Origin: Bdellovibrionales bacterium
Lineage (GTDB): Bacteria > Bdellovibrionota > Bdellovibrionia > Bdellovibrionales > UBA840
Length of the DNA: 10,873 nt
NCBI GenBank assembly: GCA_037969075.1
Contig: JBBKWS010000061.1
Coordinates: 1-10,873 of the forward strand
Direction: 5' to 3'
Shown here: piece by piece, positions 7,561 to 10,873 of the stretch
How positions within the stretch are numbered: position 1 is the first letter of the stretch
How the letters are laid out: each line of letters begins with the position of its first letter
Made by a program: the position numbers and the translations under genes
Notes under the pieces: model-generated
Database searches by the model: none
Told to the model about the DNA's origin: nothing
What the model saw: the letters and a program-made list of their open reading frames with translations, nothing else

Positions 7561-8445
7561 CTAATTAATATCTATCCAAGGGCTACGCTTACCTTTGCCA
7601 TTGGTTTTTTTAACTGGCGCTACATTCTCTGGCGGCGATGATGGCATGCGTGGTGCTTGAAACATTGTAGGGTCAGGCATTTGATAAGCACTTAAATCTG
7701 CATTTGGTAATTGTTTTTTAGCTCGGTCATTTGGATTTCTTAATGTAATATAAATGCTACCAGGATTTGCTGCCTGCAATAAAATCATACTTTGAGATTC
7801 CTCTGGGCTAAGCTCTAAGGTAATTGTAGAGAACGTAGTGTCTCCATTTAAATTTCTGATATTCACTTTGTTATTAGCGGTAACTTCAACAGTTCTTGGG
7901 ATGTTGTTTGTGATATTTACTCCGGTTGCTAATACATATACATCTTGCATAATTGTCTTAACACTTGTTCTGCGATTAGGACCAGTTCCACTATCTACGG
8001 CCGCCAATATATCAATTCTATCACCCGGTCTAATTAACTTGGCAACACCACGTACCTCATCCACTGGAATCGTAATCGCACGCTTATTAGGTGCTACTTG
8101 CATTGAAAGTCCAGTGTTAGTTCCTGGTTTTAAAACCTTAGTATTGAGTAGTTGTTCCTTCTCTTTAATAGGTGCTGCCGCTACCAAACCAATAACTTCC
8201 TCTGGATTCTCTATGGCTCCTGGCTCAACGAAATCAATAGGCTTAGATACGGTTTCAATCATTGTGTCGTCAATAGTACTCATTTCTAAAATATCTTTTT
8301 TGGCTACAACCACTTGTTTTAAGGTGCCTAGGCGGCTGTCATACTCGGCTTTTTTTTCTTGAGAATAAGAGTACAAAAGAAAGATAGCAAACAATGCTGC
8401 CCCAATTGAGATCCATAATGTACGACTCGCATTATTGTTATTCAT
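7561..8445 (-). CDS. cpaB: Flp pilus assembly protein CpaB/RcpC (294 aa, start revised to 8445)
   Basis: N-terminal TM, SAF domain VVVAKKDI, KRAITIPVDEVRGVAKLIRPGDRIDIL, IMQDVYVLA, ITLELSPEE, ITLRNPND. ATG at 8445 has a GGAGGAG RBS and an ATGA overlap with the upstream stop. Confidence 0.93.
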   Translation of the reverse strand: MNNNNASRTLWISIGAALFAIFLLYSYSQEKKAEYDSRLGTLKQVVVAKKDILEMSTIDDTMIETVSKPIDFVEPGAIENPEEVIGLVAAAPIKEKEQLLNTKVLKPGTNTGLSMQVAPNKRAITIPVDEVRGVAKLIRPGDRIDILAAVDSGTGPNRRTSVKTIMQDVYVLATGVNITNNIPRTVEVTANNKVNIRNLNGDTTFSTITLELSPEESQSMILLQAANPGSIYITLRNPNDRAKKQLPNADLSAYQMPDPTMFQAPRMPSSPPENVAPVKKTNGKGKRSPWIDIN

Positions 8446-8930
8446 GATCCAGCTCCTCCACAAGCAACATTCAGACAAATTCCATATACTGTCTTAAGCC
8501 AAACAGGGTTCACAGTTCTTCTTTCTGGACCCATAATTGTATTTCCTAGATCATTATGGTCGCCATCGCCTAAGCGCCCAGCGCTAGGTCTACCGATTGA
8601 AATACTTCTCTCAGTTACTTCCCATGTAGGATCACTAGGATCTGCAAATTCGGTAGCTACCCCATGTGCACGAAAGTTATAGTTAGCATAGTGATCTCTG
8701 ATTTCGTTAGGCGGCAGACGATTTGATCTAAAGTAGGTCACATCTGCTCTATTATCTAAAGTTTCGAATGCATAGGTGCGTGAAGCAATTGAGTTTAAAA
8801 TACCGGTATGGATAACACCAAAAAAGCCAATTCCATAGCCAATGAAAATAGCAAACACAACCAATAGAGCCACTGACTCCATTGAGGCTAAGCCTTTATT
8901 GTTTTTTACTATTTTAACAGCCGTTATCAT
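8442..8930 (-). CDS. TadE-like pseudopilin / minor pilin
   Basis: Class III signal NNKG|LASME (Glu+5) followed by a hydrophobic helix; C-terminal Cys pair; within the tad operon. Confidence 0.75.
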   Translation of the reverse strand: MITAVKIVKNNKGLASMESVALLVVFAIFIGYGIGFFGVIHTGILNSIASRTYAFETLDNRADVTYFRSNRLPPNEIRDHYANYNFRAHGVATEFADPSDPTWEVTERSISIGRPSAGRLGDGDHNDLGNTIMGPERRTVNPVWLKTVYGICLNVACGGAGS

Positions 8931-9498
8931 AAAAACTCTCTACTTTTTTATTTGGTATATTTCCTTGAAATTTAGAATTTAACTTTTTAATTTCATCAAA
9001 GCGTTCATTACTAAAATTGATACATTCTTCCGAGCTAGGCTCTCTGCCTAAAAAGCTAGTAACTTTAGCCTTAAAAGCGTTATCCTCTGGATTTGTTGAG
9101 CCATAAAATGGGATCTTGAAGTCTAATACCTTAGACTCTAGCTCAACAACAGTCCCCCAAAAGCTTGCATTATCATTTTGGATATCATTAGGATAATCTT
9201 CCCTAAAATCACCAGTATTTATATAAGTTAGTTTAAACCAACCTTCTTTTTTGAATAAAACTTTCCAAGGACTATCATACAGTAGTTGGTTAAATTTTTG
9301 CTCAGCTTGGGCTGTTTGTGTTTGTTCATTAAAATGACTTCCATAATATGTTCTAGATGAGGCAAAGGCGATATATTGTGAAATTTCAACCACTGTTAAT
9401 GTAAAGCATAGGGCAAACAATAATCCACTCACTCCCATCACTAAGACGGTAGCAAATAAAAAATCAATTGTAAGACTTCCGCGCTCATTATTAAGCAT
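8914..9498 (-). CDS. TadE-like pseudopilin / minor pilin
   Basis: MLNNERG|SLTID then a hydrophobic helix and SQYIAFASSR (TadE-like); start overlaps the upstream stop (TAATG). Confidence 0.75.
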   Translation of the reverse strand: MLNNERGSLTIDFLFATVLVMGVSGLLFALCFTLTVVEISQYIAFASSRTYYGSHFNEQTQTAQAEQKFNQLLYDSPWKVLFKKEGWFKLTYINTGDFREDYPNDIQNDNASFWGTVVELESKVLDFKIPFYGSTNPEDNAFKAKVTSFLGREPSSEECINFSNERFDEIKKLNSKFQGNIPNKKVESFYDNGC

Positions 9499-9746
9499 TA
9501 GTCTTTGTCCCCTTTAAATGTCACATGTCTTTTTAAGTAATTTGGATGCATAGTTTTAGCTATTTGTGGTTTTTCCCAAACACCACTCTCGATCATACCA
9601 GTCAGTAGTGACCATGGACCTGCAGTCATTTTACTAAAGTATTCAGATTGTCTTAATCCACGACTTATCGCTAATGCCATAGACACGATGACAATACTAA
9701 TTAAAATAAATTCAACGGCAATTTGTCCCGAAGTATTTTTAATCAT
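9498..9746 (-). CDS. Small TadE/Flp-like pilin (82 aa, start revised to 9746)
   Basis: MIKNTSG|QIAVEF class III signal; GGAGG RBS at 9757-9753; ATGA overlap with the peptidase stop. Confidence 0.8.
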   Translation of the reverse strand: MIKNTSGQIAVEFILISIVIVSMALAISRGLRQSEYFSKMTAGPWSLLTGMIESGVWEKPQIAKTMHPNYLKRHVTFKGDKD

Positions 9747-10234
9747 AAAATACCTCCGTGCCTGTACCATGTAAGCCAACCCAACAGATAAGCAATAGTG
9801 TATGGAATTTTAAAGTCTGTGGATAAACCGCGGGATAAACCTTTTATCTTAAAATATGTACTATATAATAGACTCTTTATTTCTCCAGATATTAGCGTGT
9901 GTATAAAGCCAATCAGTCCACCCCATAATATAGACAATAATATAATGTCAGTTGTTATCAAAGGACTAAGGATAAATGATAGAGCTACAAAAAATTTAAA
10001 ATCACCACCACCAATTACACGAAGTATGTATAGAGGAAGTAAAGCCGCAAATGTAATCGCAAAGGAAGTTAAAGAAGAAATGATTCCGCTAGTACCATAA
10101 ATATAAAAATGTAGCGAAAAGCATACCAAGGCACTGAACAATACGAAAACATTACTAACTCTACGTGTGGTAATATCCATCACGCAGGCAGAAAGTATTA
10201 AGAAAGATAATATGTAAAATATCCAACTATTCAT
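9743..10234 (-). CDS. cpaA: Prepilin peptidase, A24 family (CpaA/TadV), 163 aa, start revised to 10234
   Basis: Catalytic Asp motifs MDITTRRVSN and IGGGDFK, C-terminal KIPYTIA, multiple TM helices. The start at MNSW overlaps the upstream gene's end by 8 nt. Confidence 0.9.
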   Translation of the reverse strand: MNSWIFYILSFLILSACVMDITTRRVSNVFVLFSALVCFSLHFYIYGTSGIISSLTSFAITFAALLPLYILRVIGGGDFKFFVALSFILSPLITTDIILLSILWGGLIGFIHTLISGEIKSLLYSTYFKIKGLSRGLSTDFKIPYTIAYLLGWLTWYRHGGIL

Positions 10235-10481
10235 TTCTATTGTCCAAACCTTCCACGCGATAACCACCGCCTGAACCTGATTTACGACTCCATCCAATAG
10301 GGTTCTCCGCATTGGCTGAAGCATTAGTAAAGCCGCTGCCTGTCTCTAGGTGCTTTTCAATTTTGGCACCTAGCTTTGGCGCAGCTTCTTGAAAGCTGGT
10401 TTCGATACCACCATTACCTATAAACACTCCAATAATAATAAAGAAGGTGGTTATAAATAAAATGATGGTTTCGATAGCCAT
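10227..10481 (-). CDS. Pilin-like protein without a class III leader (84 aa)
   Basis: MAIET followed by a hydrophobic helix; AGGA RBS; fills the gap between flp and the peptidase; in-frame stop 9 nt upstream of the ATG. Confidence 0.7.
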   Translation of the reverse strand: MAIETIILFITTFFIIIGVFIGNGGIETSFQEAAPKLGAKIEKHLETGSGFTNASANAENPIGWSRKSGSGGGYRVEGLDNRNE

Positions 10482-10493
10482 ATAAACTTCCTA

Positions 10494-10670
10494 TTAAGGT
10501 TCAAATGCATCAATTTGACCGCTTAGTTTTCCAACTAAATTATTAACTTGTGTTGTAATTTCACCTTTAAAAATCACAACCATCGCAACAACTGCGACAA
10601 GTAGTAAAATATATTCAGTGGCGCCTTGAGCGGACTCGTCTTTTATTAACTTTCTAAAGAAATTCTTCAC
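10494..10670 (-). CDS. flp: Flp family major pilin (58 aa, start revised to GTG at 10670)
   Basis: (M)KNFFRKLIKDESA|QGATEYILLLVAVVAMVV: basic leader, Flp motif Glu+5/Tyr+6, hydrophobic helix; RBS AAAGGGGG upstream of the GTG. Confidence 0.92.
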   Translation of the reverse strand: MKNFFRKLIKDESAQGATEYILLLVAVVAMVVIFKGEITTQVNNLVGKLSGQIDAFEP

Positions 10671-10709
10671 TATTTCCCCCTTTGAAAAAAGTAGATTCCT
10701 CAACCTTAC

Positions 10710-10737
10710 ATTTCGGTCTAATTTTGCTACACCATTA
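10710..10737 (-). promoter_or_regulatory. Possible sigma28 (FliA)-type promoter for flp
   Basis: Minus strand TAAT-N16-ACCGAAAT versus consensus TAAA-N15/16-GCCGATAA, about 40 nt upstream of the flp start. Confidence 0.4.
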
Positions 10738-10873
10738 GGGAAATGTTTAAAATACTTAAGGAAAAATGCATTTGCCTATAAGTTTTTTACCTAAATTAGG
10801 CTAAATCTGCGAAATGTGACGGGCTGGACTGTAAAACAATTAGACACTAGCCTTAGGTACCTGCTTCCTTTTT

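Noticed and set aside
7838..8362. 174-aa plus-strand ORF
   Set aside because: Entirely antisense to the well-supported cpaB, with no recognisable motif; a shadow ORF.
89..10100. Other short ORFs (89..271, 1243..1497, 2164..2367, 2887..3087, 3035..3217, 3402..3602, 3428..3694, 4855..5058, 5062..5316, 5785..6039, 9798..10100)
   Set aside because: All overlap confidently assigned genes in antisense or alternative frames and show no coding hallmarks.
10482..10496. Read-through fusion of flp with the next in-frame gene
   Set aside because: Tandem TAA TAG stops and a separate RBS argue against read-through.
8446..10703. Longest-ORF starts at 8478, 9779, 10324 and 10703
   Set aside because: Downstream starts (8445, 9746, 10234, 10670) have better RBSs or stop/start coupling and give family-typical N-termini.
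10790..10800. CCTAA-A-TTAGG dyad upstream of flp
   Set aside because: 5-bp arms in AT-rich DNA are expected by chance.
1..10873. CRISPR arrays, tRNA/rRNA genes, IS or phage elements
   Set aside because: No repeat-spacer pattern, structural RNA signature, transposase or integrase seen; the window is almost fully coding.

Overview
AT-rich bacterial window with a minus-strand, tightly coupled Flp/Tad pilus operon: flp pilin, a leaderless pilin-like gene, A24 prepilin peptidase, three TadE-like pseudopilins, CpaB, CpaC secretin, a CpaE(TadZ)-CpaF(TadA) fusion ATPase and TadB. It is followed by a secreted YD/RHS-repeat protein with no toxin tip and two small secreted low-complexity peptides, converging on a CheY-like regulator and a membrane hypothetical. 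The gene order matches my recollection of the Bdellovibrio hit locus (cheY ... bd0108/hit, bd0109 RHS, tad genes, flp), so the source is probably a Bdellovibrionota predator (inference). The most notable feature is that the hit position holds two apparently related peptides (mature N-termini xDPN..NMP, opposite net charge). The distal peptide has its own near-consensus sigma54 promoter and a perfect TGTCTCA-N3-TGAGACA palindrome upstream. Also noted: a hairpin covering the ATPase RBS, Ala instead of Gly at the Flp cleavage site, and a probable leaderless cheY mRNA. No searches were run; all family calls come from motif recognition.
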